DNA of 36,800 nucleotides from Burkholderiales bacterium (GTDB taxonomy: Bacteria; Pseudomonadota; Gammaproteobacteria; Burkholderiales; Burkholderiaceae_C): positions 1 to 36,800 of the forward strand of contig JANOLY010000328.1 of NCBI GenBank assembly GCA_031420055.1, given 5' to 3'. Positions 18,432 to 27,734 of this stretch are shown here, piece by piece. The notes beneath the pieces were generated by a model, which saw only the letters and a program-made list of their open reading frames with translations, had not been told where the DNA came from and did no database searches. The position numbers and the translations under genes were made by a program. The first letter of the stretch is position 1, and every line of letters starts with the position of its first letter.

Positions 18432-18962
18432 ATGAAAGCGATCAAGTGGATCCTTGGCGCGCTGCTGGCGCTCGCCGCCGTGCTGGTGTTGGGCGGCCTG
18501 CTGTTGTCGCCCAAGTTCACGGTGGTGCGCAGTGTCAGCATCAACGCGCCGCCGGAAAAAGTCTACGCCTTGGTGGCCGACCCGCGGGGCTGGAAGGCCT
18601 GGTCGGTTTGGAACCAGCGCGACCCGGCCATGGAGATCACCTACTCCGGCCCGCCCTCGGGCGCCGGCGCCGCCTGGGCCTGGAAGAGCAAGACCGAAGG
18701 CGACGGCAAGATGAGCTTCACCGCCGCAGAACCGGACAAGCGCGTGGCCTACGACCTGTACTTCCCCGACTTCGGCACCACTTCCAAGGGCGACCTCACC
18801 TTCACGCCCGAGGGTAGCGCCACCAAAGTCAACTGGACCATGAACGGCGACATGGGCAGCAACCCACTGTTCCGCTGGATCGCCCTGTTTGCCGACAAGA
18901 TGGTGGGCAAGGACTTCGAAGCCGGCCTGGCCGGGCTGAAGGCCGCGGCCGAGAAGTCCTGA
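18432..18962 (+). CDS. SRPBCC/polyketide cyclase family protein with N-terminal membrane anchor
   Basis: VVRSVSINAPPEKVY..V, W..WSVW..RDP, G.G.M, VGKDFEAGL..LK. GAGG RBS. Confidence 0.9.
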   Translation: MKAIKWILGALLALAAVLVLGGLLLSPKFTVVRSVSINAPPEKVYALVADPRGWKAWSVWNQRDPAMEITYSGPPSGAGAAWAWKSKTEGDGKMSFTAAEPDKRVAYDLYFPDFGTTSKGDLTFTPEGSATKVNWTMNGDMGSNPLFRWIALFADKMVGKDFEAGLAGLKAAAEKS

Positions 18963-19093
18963 GCGGCCCGGGCACCGCTCCGTGGGCGGCCGCGGCCGCT
19001 GTGGCACAGTGCGCAGCCCTGCCTGCCGTACCACCGCACCATGCCTTCAGCGCTGCCTTTGTTCTTGAACCCGCCCTGCCCTGGGCGCCCGGC

Positions 19094-19657
19094 ATGGCAC
19101 TGAAGTCCACCATCTTCAAGGCCGCGCTGCAGATTGCCGACATGGACCGCGCGCTGTACGCCGACCACCAGCTCACCCTGGCCCGCCACCCCTCGGAAAC
19201 TGATGAGCGCCTGATGGCCCGGGTGCTGGCCTTCGCGCTGAACGTGCCGGCCGACGACCATGGCGGCGCCCTGGTGTTTGCGCGCGGCTTGGGCGACGGC
19301 GACGAGCCCGACCTGTGGCAGCACACCCTGGCCGGTGTGCTGCTGCATTGGGTAGAAGTCGGCCAGCCCGCCGACGACCGCCGCCTGGCCAAGGCCTGCA
19401 GCCGCGCCGAGCGCGTCACGCTGTACTGCTACAGCCAGGCCGCGCCGATCTGGTGGGCCGGCATCGCGCCCAAGGTGGCGCGGCTGCGCAATTTGCAGGT
19501 CTGGCAGATTCCGGCCGACGAGAGCCAGGCGCTGGCCAAATTGGTCGCGCGTTCGATGCAGTTGCAGGTGACGGTGCAAGAGGGCCAGATCTGGGTTGGC
19601 AACACCGACGACAGCGTGGAAATTCATCTCAAGTCCCTGCAGGCGCCGCACCCATGA
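19094..19657 (+). CDS. yaeQ: YaeQ family protein
   Basis: MALKSTIFKA.LQIADMDR..Y, LARHPSETDERLM.R, DEPDLW, W.EVGQP. Confidence 0.93.
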   Translation: MALKSTIFKAALQIADMDRALYADHQLTLARHPSETDERLMARVLAFALNVPADDHGGALVFARGLGDGDEPDLWQHTLAGVLLHWVEVGQPADDRRLAKACSRAERVTLYCYSQAAPIWWAGIAPKVARLRNLQVWQIPADESQALAKLVARSMQLQVTVQEGQIWVGNTDDSVEIHLKSLQAPHP

Positions 19658-21708
19658 AAGACGACGACAGCGACAACTACCTTTGGCTTGAAGAGGTCCA
19701 CGGTGAACGCGCCCTGGACTGGGTGCGCGAACGCAATGCGCACAGCCAGGCCGTGCTGCAGGCCCAGCCGGGCTTCGAGTCCATGCGCGCCGACATCCAG
19801 GCGGTGCTGGACGCCACTGACCAGATCCCCTACGTGCAGCGCCGTGGCGACTGGTTCTACAACCTGTGGAAAGACGCCACGCACCCGCGCGGCCTGTGGC
19901 GGCGCACCACCTTGGCCGAGTACCGGCGGCCCGAGCCCGCCTGGGAGACGGTGCTGGACCTCGACGCCCTGGCCGTGGCCGAGGCCGAGAACTGGGTCTG
20001 GGCCGGCGCCACCTGGTTCGGCCCCGAGTACAGGCGCTGCCTGTTGGCGCTGTCGCGGGGCGGTGCCGACGCCAAGGTCGTGCGCGAGTTCGATGCCCAG
20101 GAGCGCAAGTTCGTGGAGGGCGGCTTCTTCCTGCCCGAAGCCAAGTCCCTGGTCGAATGGATAGACATCGACCATGTCTTCGTGGGCACCGACTTCGGCC
20201 CGGGCTCGATGACCAGCTCAGGCTACCCGCGCGTCATCAAGCGCTGGCAGCGCGCCCTGCCGCTGGCCACTGCGCGCACGGTGTTCGAGGCCGAGTTCCG
20301 CGATGTCTCGGCCTCGGTCGATGTCGACCGCACGCCGGGTTTCGAACGCACGGTGTTTGCGCGCAGTCCGGACTTCTACACCTCGCGCATGAGCCTGTTG
20401 CAAGGCACGCGCCTGGTGGATATCGACAAGCCCCTGGACGCGCAGCTCAGCTTCTGGAAAGACCGCGTCCTGATCGAATTGCGCAGCGACTGGAACCTGG
20501 GCCAGACGCATTGGCCGCAAGGCTCGCTGCTGATGGGCGACGCCGCCGCCTACCTGAAGGGCCAGCGCCAGTTCAAGGCGCTGTTCACGCCCAGCGCGGG
20601 CTGCGCGCTGATGTCCTTCACTGCCACCCGCAACACCTTGTTGATGACGCTGTCCGACCAGGTCAGCAGCCGCTTGCAGGCCTGGCACGTGGATCGCGGC
20701 CAATGGCGGCTGCGTGATGTGGCCGTGCCGCCGCTGGCCACCATCAGCGCCAGCAGCCTGCATGACCCGCTGCTGTCCAGCGACGAGCTGGCCGAGGCTT
20801 ACCAGCTCGGTGTAACGGGGTTTCTTCAGCCTGAATCCCTGCACCTGGGCCATACCGCACGCGGCGGCCTGGAACTGCTGAAGTCCCGCCCCGACCAGTT
20901 CGACGCCAGCGGCATGCGCGTTGAACAGCACTGGGCCACCGGCCGCGACGGCACCCGGGTGCCCTACTTCGTCGTCTGGCCCGCGCTTGCCGTGGCCGAT
21001 GGCGACAACCCCACACTGCTGTATGGCTACGGCGGCTTTGAGGTGCCGCTGCTGCCCACGTATTCAGGCGGCATCGGCCGCGCCTGGACGGGCCGCGGCG
21101 GGGTTTTCGTGCAGGCCAACATCCGCGGCGGCGGTGAATTCGGGCCGGGCTGGCACCAGGCCGGCGTGGGCGCCAACAAGCAAAACAGCTACGACGATTT
21201 CGCGGCTGTTGCCGAAGACCTGATCGCGCGCAAGATCACGCGCCCGCAGCGGCTGGGCATCAAGGGCGGCAGCAACGGCGGGCTGCTGGTGGGTGCGGTC
21301 ATGACGCAGCGCCCAGAGCTGTTCAACGCCGTGGTCTGCCAGGTGCCATTGCTGGACATGCGGCGCTACCACCGCTTGCTGGCCGGTGCTTCATGGATGG
21401 CCGAGTACGGCGACCCCGGCAGCAAAGAGGACTGGGCCTGGATCGCCAAGTACAGCCCCTACCACCGCGTGCGCCCGGCCAGCGACGGCGCGCGCTACCC
21501 CAAGGTGCTGTTCACCACCAGCACGCGCGACGACCGCGTGCACCCGGGCCACGCCCGCAAGATGGCCGCGCGCATGCAAGCCTTTGGGCACGAGCTGCTG
21601 TACTGGGAAAATCTGGAAGGCGGCCACAGCGGCGCGGCCGACAACGCGCAGCGTGCTCACATGACTGCGCTGGAATACAGCTTTCTCTGGCAGCAACTGG
21701 GGCGTTGA
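19654..21708 (+). CDS. Prolyl oligopeptidase (S9A)
   Basis: [44 protein letters not shown] catalytic triad motifs. ATGA overlap with yaeQ. Confidence 0.95.
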   Translation: MKDDDSDNYLWLEEVHGERALDWVRERNAHSQAVLQAQPGFESMRADIQAVLDATDQIPYVQRRGDWFYNLWKDATHPRGLWRRTTLAEYRRPEPAWETVLDLDALAVAEAENWVWAGATWFGPEYRRCLLALSRGGADAKVVREFDAQERKFVEGGFFLPEAKSLVEWIDIDHVFVGTDFGPGSMTSSGYPRVIKRWQRALPLATARTVFEAEFRDVSASVDVDRTPGFERTVFARSPDFYTSRMSLLQGTRLVDIDKPLDAQLSFWKDRVLIELRSDWNLGQTHWPQGSLLMGDAAAYLKGQRQFKALFTPSAGCALMSFTATRNTLLMTLSDQVSSRLQAWHVDRGQWRLRDVAVPPLATISASSLHDPLLSSDELAEAYQLGVTGFLQPESLHLGHTARGGLELLKSRPDQFDASGMRVEQHWATGRDGTRVPYFVVWPALAVADGDNPTLLYGYGGFEVPLLPTYSGGIGRAWTGRGGVFVQANIRGGGEFGPGWHQAGVGANKQNSYDDFAAVAEDLIARKITRPQRLGIKGGSNGGLLVGAVMTQRPELFNAVVCQVPLLDMRRYHRLLAGASWMAEYGDPGSKEDWAWIAKYSPYHRVRPASDGARYPKVLFTTSTRDDRVHPGHARKMAARMQAFGHELLYWENLEGGHSGAADNAQRAHMTALEYSFLWQQLGR

Positions 21709-21715
21709 CGCTGTC

Positions 21716-22447
21716 GTGCTGACCTGGATCGACGACGACACCCCACTGCCGCCGCCCACCCAAGCGCTGGGCGAAGACAGCGACGCGCCCGGCCTGGTGG
21801 CCGCCGGCGGCCGCATCTCGGCCGCGCGTTTGAACGAGGCCTACCGCAGCGGCATCTTCCCGTGGTACAGCGCCGGCCAGCCGGTGCTGTGGTGGAGCCC
21901 GGACCCGCGCATGGTGCTGCCCTGCGCCGAGTTCAAGCTGTCGCATTCGTTGAAGAAGGCCCTGCGCCGCTTCCTGCGCACCCCCGGCTGCACGCTGCGC
22001 TTTGATGGCGACTTCGCCCGCGTCATTACCGCCTGCGCCGCCGCCGCGCGGGCCGGGCAAGACGGCACCTGGATCGTGCCCGCGCTGATGGACGCCTACC
22101 AGGACTGGCACCGCGCCGGCCGCGTACACAGTGTCGAGACCTGGATCGACGGCGAACTGGTGGGTGGCTTGTACTTTGTGGCCATCGGGCAAATGTGCTT
22201 CGGCGAGTCGATGTTTTCGCACCGCACCGACGCCAGCAAGATCGCCCTGGCGGCTTTGGTCGCGGCCTGCCTGGAACGCGGCGTGCGCCTCATCGACTGC
22301 CAACAAAACACCGGCCACCTGGCGTCCCTGGGTGCGCGCGAGATTGCACGCAACGACTTTCTTGCCCACGTGCATCACGCTGTGGCGGCTCCCCAGCCTG
22401 TCGAATGGACCTATGATGAAAAGGCGTGGCACCACCTCGGGCTGTAG
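21716..22447 (+). CDS. aat: Leucyl/phenylalanyl-tRNA--protein transferase
   Basis: GIFPWY, WWSPDPR, GTWI, HSVETW, GGLY, GESMFS, DASK, IDCQ. Confidence 0.95.
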   Translation: MLTWIDDDTPLPPPTQALGEDSDAPGLVAAGGRISAARLNEAYRSGIFPWYSAGQPVLWWSPDPRMVLPCAEFKLSHSLKKALRRFLRTPGCTLRFDGDFARVITACAAAARAGQDGTWIVPALMDAYQDWHRAGRVHSVETWIDGELVGGLYFVAIGQMCFGESMFSHRTDASKIALAALVAACLERGVRLIDCQQNTGHLASLGAREIARNDFLAHVHHAVAAPQPVEWTYDEKAWHHLGL

Positions 22448-22480
22448 TCAGACCGGCCACCGCGAGGCAGGCCCCCACAC

Positions 22481-23227
22481 GTGACGCATCCCAAGGAGCT
22501 ACCGCTGTCGTCGTTGCAGTTCTATGCAACGGCGCCCTACCCTTGCAGCTACCTGCCCGGCCGCCAGGCACGCTCGCAGGTGGCCACGCCCAGCCACCTG
22601 ATCCACGCCGACGCCTATTCGGGCCTGGTAGCCAACGGCTTTCGGCGCAGCGGCATGTTCACCTACCGCCCTTACTGCGACGGTTGCCGCGCCTGCGTGC
22701 CCTTGCGCGTGCCGGTAGCCACCTTTGAGCCCACGCGCAGCCAGCGCCGCGCCGCGCGCCAGCATGGCCACTTGCAGGCGCGCGTGCTGCGGCTGTGTTT
22801 CATCCCCGAGCACTACCAGCTCTACCTGCGCTACCAGTCGGGCCGCCACAGCGGCGGCGGCATGGACCACGACAGCGTGGACCAGTACACGCAGTTCTTG
22901 CTGCAAAGCCGCGTCAATTCACGCTTGGTTGAATTCCGCGAGCCCGCGCCCGAGGGCCAGACCGGCGCGCTGAAAATGGTGTCGATACTGGATGTGTTGA
23001 GCGACGGCATCTCAGCCGTCTACACCTTTTATGAGCCCGAAGAGCACACCAGCTACGGCACGGCCAGCGTGATGTGGCAAGTCGACCAGACGCGGCTGCT
23101 CAAGCTGCCCTACGTGTACTTGGGCTACTGGATCGCGCAGAGCCCCAAGATGGCCTACAAAAGCCAGTTCGGCCCCCACGAGCTGCTGCTGGACGGCCGC
23201 TGGCAGGCCGCGGCAAGTTCAGGCTGA
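22481..23227 (+). CDS. bpt: Aspartate/glutamate leucyltransferase (ATE/Bpt family, often annotated arginyltransferase)
   Basis: CSYL, GFRRSG, YRPYC.GC.AC, RH.GGGM, SAVYTFY, YLGYWI..SPKM.YK. Follows aat. Confidence 0.93.
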   Translation: MTHPKELPLSSLQFYATAPYPCSYLPGRQARSQVATPSHLIHADAYSGLVANGFRRSGMFTYRPYCDGCRACVPLRVPVATFEPTRSQRRAARQHGHLQARVLRLCFIPEHYQLYLRYQSGRHSGGGMDHDSVDQYTQFLLQSRVNSRLVEFREPAPEGQTGALKMVSILDVLSDGISAVYTFYEPEEHTSYGTASVMWQVDQTRLLKLPYVYLGYWIAQSPKMAYKSQFGPHELLLDGRWQAAASSG

Positions 23228-24895
23228 GGCCGACCACAACGCGCCGGCCGCGTCCAGCCGCGCCGCGCCCTCGGCCTGTAGCTTGAGCAAGTGCGCCAGC
23301 AGCGAGCGGCGCGCCATGGCGTGCAAGGCCGCAGGCACGTCGGCATAGACCACTGGCAGCAGCACGTCCACGTCCGCCGGCCCCAGCGCCTGCACGGCGG
23401 CCAGCACCCGCGCTTCGCGGCGCAGGCGGTGCGCGATGAGTGCGCGCAACACGTCATGTGGTTGCGCCACCAAGAAACCGTGGCCGGGCGCCAGCCAGTC
23501 CAGTGGGATGTCCAGCAGCGCGCGCAGCGCAGCCAGGTAGGCGGCCATGTCACCGTCGGGCGGGTTGATGACCACGGTGGAGCCCTGCATCACGTGGTCG
23601 CCCGTGAACAGCGTGGCTTCTTCTTCGAGCAAAAAGCACAGGTGGTTGGACGCGTGCCCCGGCGTGTGCAGCACGCGCAGGGTGGCGTCGCCCTGCGCGC
23701 CGCCCAACACCAGGCGCTCCCCGTGCTGAAGCTCGCGCTGCGGCGCAAAGAGCGGGTCTTGCCACTGCGGGTGCTCGGCCGTGCGGCCCAGCACCGGCGC
23801 GCCGGTGGCCTGGGCCAAGGCGACCGCACCCGGCGAGTGGTCGCGGTGCGTGTGCGTGACGAGAATCTGCGTGATGGGCCCGCCGGCCAGTGACGCCGCG
23901 GCGAGCAAGGCCTGCAGGTGGGAATCACTTTCGGGCCCGGGGTCGATGACGGTCCAGCCGGTGTTTTCACCCGAACCCGCGCCGACCAGGTAGCTGTTGG
24001 TGCCGGGCCCCGTCATGGGGCCGGCGTTGGGTGCCGTCACGCGCCACACGCGTTCGGACAAGCGCACCGCCACGCCGGGCTGGATCTCGCAGGCCACGTC
24101 ACCGCGGCCCAGCGGGTCCAGGCGCGCGATCTCGGCGTAGGGCAACTCGTGGGGCAGCACCACGTGCGGGCCCTTGCGACTGCGGCCCACACGCGGCAAC
24201 GTCAGACGGATGTCGCTGCGCGCAGCGGCCTCGGCCAGGGCGTCGGCGGCGCTGCCAAAGCGTGCCAGGTCTTGCAGGGTGCGCCGCGTCACGGGCAGCA
24301 GCTTCAGGCCGCGTTCGGGCAGCAGCGCAGCTTGCGGGGTCAGCCACATCAGCTCTTGCGCCTCGCCGTAGTCGGCCACCGCTGTTTGCCCGGCGGGTGC
24401 CCGCGCGGCAAAGAAGCGCGTGTCGAAGCGCTTGGGGCTACCCGGCGGCGTCAACCAGTGGCTGTGGTACGCCAGGCCACGCAAGTCCAGCCGCAGTACA
24501 TGCGCGCGGCAGAAGTCGGCCATCGACACCTCACCCGACTGCAGCCGGTCGCGCCAGCCCTGCAGTTCGGCCTCGGCCGGCGTGCGGTCGTCCAGCAGCA
24601 GACCCACTTCCTCGAAGGTCTCGCGCACAGCGGCCACCAGGTAGTCCAGCCCGCCGTGGGGCAGGCCCAAGCGGGCGCTGGCCGTCGTGTCGTCGGGGCC
24701 CAGGCAATGGGCGTGGGCGTCACGGTCGCGCGGGTCGAGCACGCCGCCCGGGAACACGGCTGCGCCGCTGCGCAAGTCGCCATCGCGATCGGCACGCCGC
24801 AGCATCAGCACCTCCACGCCGCGGCTGTCCTGGGCGTCGCGCAACAACAGCAGCGAGGCGGCGTTGCGGGTGTCGGGCGAGGTCGGTTGGGTCAT
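23219..24895 (-). CDS. NUDIX (NUDT19-like) plus MBL-fold (LACTB2-like) fusion hydrolase
   Basis: [17 protein letters not shown] and [12 protein letters not shown], then [34 protein letters not shown] and PGHG. Confidence 0.9.
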   Translation of the reverse strand: MTQPTSPDTRNAASLLLLRDAQDSRGVEVLMLRRADRDGDLRSGAAVFPGGVLDPRDRDAHAHCLGPDDTTASARLGLPHGGLDYLVAAVRETFEEVGLLLDDRTPAEAELQGWRDRLQSGEVSMADFCRAHVLRLDLRGLAYHSHWLTPPGSPKRFDTRFFAARAPAGQTAVADYGEAQELMWLTPQAALLPERGLKLLPVTRRTLQDLARFGSAADALAEAAARSDIRLTLPRVGRSRKGPHVVLPHELPYAEIARLDPLGRGDVACEIQPGVAVRLSERVWRVTAPNAGPMTGPGTNSYLVGAGSGENTGWTVIDPGPESDSHLQALLAAASLAGGPITQILVTHTHRDHSPGAVALAQATGAPVLGRTAEHPQWQDPLFAPQRELQHGERLVLGGAQGDATLRVLHTPGHASNHLCFLLEEEATLFTGDHVMQGSTVVINPPDGDMAAYLAALRALLDIPLDWLAPGHGFLVAQPHDVLRALIAHRLRREARVLAAVQALGPADVDVLLPVVYADVPAALHAMARRSLLAHLLKLQAEGAARLDAAGALWSASA

Positions 24896-26061
24896 GCGGG
24901 GTCTTCTTGTGGGGGCGCTTGCAGCACGGCGGCGGCAGCAATGAGCGCGTTGATGTCGTCGTCATGCAAACCGGCCTCGCGCAAGACCTCTCGGCTGTGC
25001 TCGCCCAGGTGCGGCGCGCGGCGCGGCATACCCGCAGGCGTGCGGCCAAAGCGCGGTGCCGGGGCTGGCTGCACGACGCCCTCCACGCTGACGAAGGCCC
25101 CGCGGGCGCGCGCATGGGCGTGGGCCGGCGCCTCGTCGAAGGACAGCACCGGGGCGAAGCAGGCATCGCTGCCTTCCAGCAGCGCGCACCAGGCGTCGCG
25201 CGTGCGCTGGCGCACTGCCGTGGCAATGGCTTGGCGCATCTCGGGCCACAGCCGGCGGTCGTGCTGGCGCTGCACGAAGCCCGGCGCAAGCGTCAGTGCA
25301 TCGGCCAGCTTGGCAAAGAACTTGGGCTCCAGCGCCGCCAGGCTGATGAAGCGGCCGTCGGCTGTCTCGTAGGTGTCGTAGAACGGCGCGCCGCCGTCGA
25401 GCAAGTTGGCGCCACGCTCTGCGGTCCACTGCCCACCGGCAGCCAGACCATAGAACACCGAGGCCAGGCTGGCCGCGCCGTCGACCATGGCCGCGTCCAC
25501 CACCTGGCCGGCGCCCGAGCGTTGGCGCTCGAACAGAGCCGCCATCACACCCAAGGCCAGGAACAGCGCGCCGCCGCCGTAGTCGCCCACCAGGTTCAGC
25601 GGCGGCACAGGCTTGCCACCCGCCGCGCCGATGGCGTGCAGCGCGCCCGACAGGGCGATGTAGTTCAGGTCGTGCCCGGCAGCCTGCGCCAAAGGGCCGG
25701 TCTGGCCAAAGCCTGTCATGCGGGCGTAGACCAAGCGCGGGTTCAGCGCCAGGCAGACGTCAGGCCCCAGGCCCAGGCCCTCGGCCACACCGGGGCGAAA
25801 GCCCTCCACCAGCACATCGGCACCTTGCACCAGGCGCAGCGCGGCGTCGCGCCCGGCGGGGGCCTTCAGGTCCAGCGCCAGCGATCGGCGGTTGCGTGCA
25901 TTCACGTCCAAGCGCCGCTCCAGCGCCAGGCCCAGGCCGCTGGGCTGCACGCGGTCCACGCGCACCACGTCGGCGCCCAGATCGGCCAACAACATGCAGC
26001 ACATGGGCACCGGCCCGATGCCGGCCAGCTCGATGATGCGCAGTCCGTGCAGTGGGCCCAT
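24892..26061 (-). CDS. CaiB/BaiF CoA-transferase family III (alpha-methylacyl-CoA racemase-like)
   Basis: [64 protein letters not shown]. Confidence 0.93.
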   Translation of the reverse strand: MGPLHGLRIIELAGIGPVPMCCMLLADLGADVVRVDRVQPSGLGLALERRLDVNARNRRSLALDLKAPAGRDAALRLVQGADVLVEGFRPGVAEGLGLGPDVCLALNPRLVYARMTGFGQTGPLAQAAGHDLNYIALSGALHAIGAAGGKPVPPLNLVGDYGGGALFLALGVMAALFERQRSGAGQVVDAAMVDGAASLASVFYGLAAGGQWTAERGANLLDGGAPFYDTYETADGRFISLAALEPKFFAKLADALTLAPGFVQRQHDRRLWPEMRQAIATAVRQRTRDAWCALLEGSDACFAPVLSFDEAPAHAHARARGAFVSVEGVVQPAPAPRFGRTPAGMPRRAPHLGEHSREVLREAGLHDDDINALIAAAAVLQAPPQEDPA

Positions 26062-26207
26062 GGCGCGGGAGTGTGCACCAAGCCTGCCGCCGCGCCGCCG
26101 CCGGCAGGGCGGCTGGCACGGAGCATTCCTGGGGATGGTGACGCCCGGTGTGCCGGCCTACACTGCCCGCGGCCCAGCAACCCGCCGACAAGCCGGCACG
26201 CCCCGCC

Positions 26208-27734
26208 ATGACATTCGAACAAGACGCGTTCATCAGCTACGCGCACATCGACAACGAGCCCATCAGCGCCGGCCAGAAAGGCTGGGTGACGCAGTTTCAC
26301 GCCACGCTGCAAACCATGCTCAGCCAGCGCCTGGGCGAGCGGGCACGCATCTGGCGCGACGACAAGCTCGGCGGCGACGACATCTTTGCCGACGAGATCG
26401 CCCTCCAGTTCAACAAGACGGCGCTGCTGGTGTCCATCCTCAGTCCGCGCTACCTGCGCTCTGAATGGTGCACGCGTGAACTGCGCGAGTTCTGCGCCGC
26501 CGTCGAACGCGGCGGCAGCGTGGGCGCGGCCAACAAGAGCCGCGTCTTCAAGGTCGTGAAGACACCCTTGGACCCGGGCGCGGCCCTGCCCGATGCGATG
26601 CAGACCACGCTGGGCTACGAGTTCTTCGAAGAGGACCACGGCGCGCCGCGCGAGCTGGACCCGGCCTTTGGCGACGCTGCGCGCCAGGAATTCCTCAGCC
26701 GCATCAGCCGGCTGGCGTGGTCGCTGGCGCAAAGCCTGCAAGGGCTGCGCGGGCTGGCCGTGGCAGCGCGCGCCGACGCGGCCGACTCGGGTGCGTCGGC
26801 TGTGTCGGCTGCGTCGGCGGCACCAGCCGCGCGGCCGGCGGTGTACCTGGCCCATTGCGGTCGCGACCTGAGCGAGGTGCGCGAACAACTCGCCACCGAG
26901 CTGCGCATGCACGGCCACGAGGTGCTGCCCGCGCAGCCGCTGCCGATGTCCGAAGATCGGCTGCTGCCCGAACTCGACGCGCTGCTGGCGCGCTGCGCCG
27001 TGGCCGTGCACCTGGTGGGCCGCAGCGTGGGGCCGGTGCCCGACGGACCCAGCGGCCGGTCACTGGCCATGCTGCAGAACGACTGCGCCGCGCGGCGCTG
27101 CGAGCAAAGTGAGCTGCGCCGCATCATCTGGTTGCCGGCCGGTGTGAGCGGCGAACGTGCAGAGCAGCAGGCCTTCATCGACGCGCTGCAGCGCGACGCC
27201 GCCCAGCAGCGCGGCGCCGACTTGCTGCGCGGTGATGTCCAGGCGCTGAAGAGCACGCTGCACCATGCGCTCAAGCCCGCTGACCCGCCCCAGCCCCTGC
27301 CCGCCGCGGCCGGCCAGCGCCGCGTGCACGTGCTGATGTGCGAGACCGACCGCACGGCATCCGTGCCCTTGCTCAAGCGGCTGCGCGCGCAGGGCCTGCA
27401 GGTGTCGATACCGGTGTTCGTCGGCGACGCCGCGGCCCTGCGCAAGGCCAATGCCCAGTTGATCGCCGACTGCAACGGCCTGATCCTGTTCTACGGTGCG
27501 GGCGACGAGGTGTGGAAGTTCCACCAGCAGTGCGAGTTGCGCAAGCAGGCGGCCTTGCGCGGTGCGCCGCCTGGCGCCGCGGAGTGGACCTGGCTGGCAC
27601 CACCGCTCACCGCCGACAAGGAACTGCTGCAACTGCTGGGCGACACCCCATTGATCGACGGTCTGGCCGAAGGCGGCGTTGATGCACTGCAGCCCTTCTT
27701 TGCCGCGCTCGACGCCGTGGCGCCACCACGATGA
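26208..27734 (+). CDS. TIR-domain protein with two additional TIR/DUF4062-like domains
   Basis: DAFISYAH.D, IWRD, SPRYLRSEWC.RE (catalytic Glu). Second module VYLAH...VREQLATEL..GHEVLP...AVHLVG; third module VHVL..E.D...GLQV..P...CNGLILFYG. TACACT -10-like box at 26159-26164. Confidence 0.85.
   Translation: MTFEQDAFISYAHIDNEPISAGQKGWVTQFHATLQTMLSQRLGERARIWRDDKLGGDDIFADEIALQFNKTALLVSILSPRYLRSEWCTRELREFCAAVERGGSVGAANKSRVFKVVKTPLDPGAALPDAMQTTLGYEFFEEDHGAPRELDPAFGDAARQEFLSRISRLAWSLAQSLQGLRGLAVAARADAADSGASAVSAASAAPAARPAVYLAHCGRDLSEVREQLATELRMHGHEVLPAQPLPMSEDRLLPELDALLARCAVAVHLVGRSVGPVPDGPSGRSLAMLQNDCAARRCEQSELRRIIWLPAGVSGERAEQQAFIDALQRDAAQQRGADLLRGDVQALKSTLHHALKPADPPQPLPAAAGQRRVHVLMCETDRTASVPLLKRLRAQGLQVSIPVFVGDAAALRKANAQLIADCNGLILFYGAGDEVWKFHQQCELRKQAALRGAPPGAAEWTWLAPPLTADKELLQLLGDTPLIDGLAEGGVDALQPFFAALDAVAPPR

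Noticed and set aside
18961-18980. Hairpin GAGCGG-N8-CCGCTC after the SRPBCC gene
   Set aside because: A short GC stem without a U-tract; it could occur by chance.
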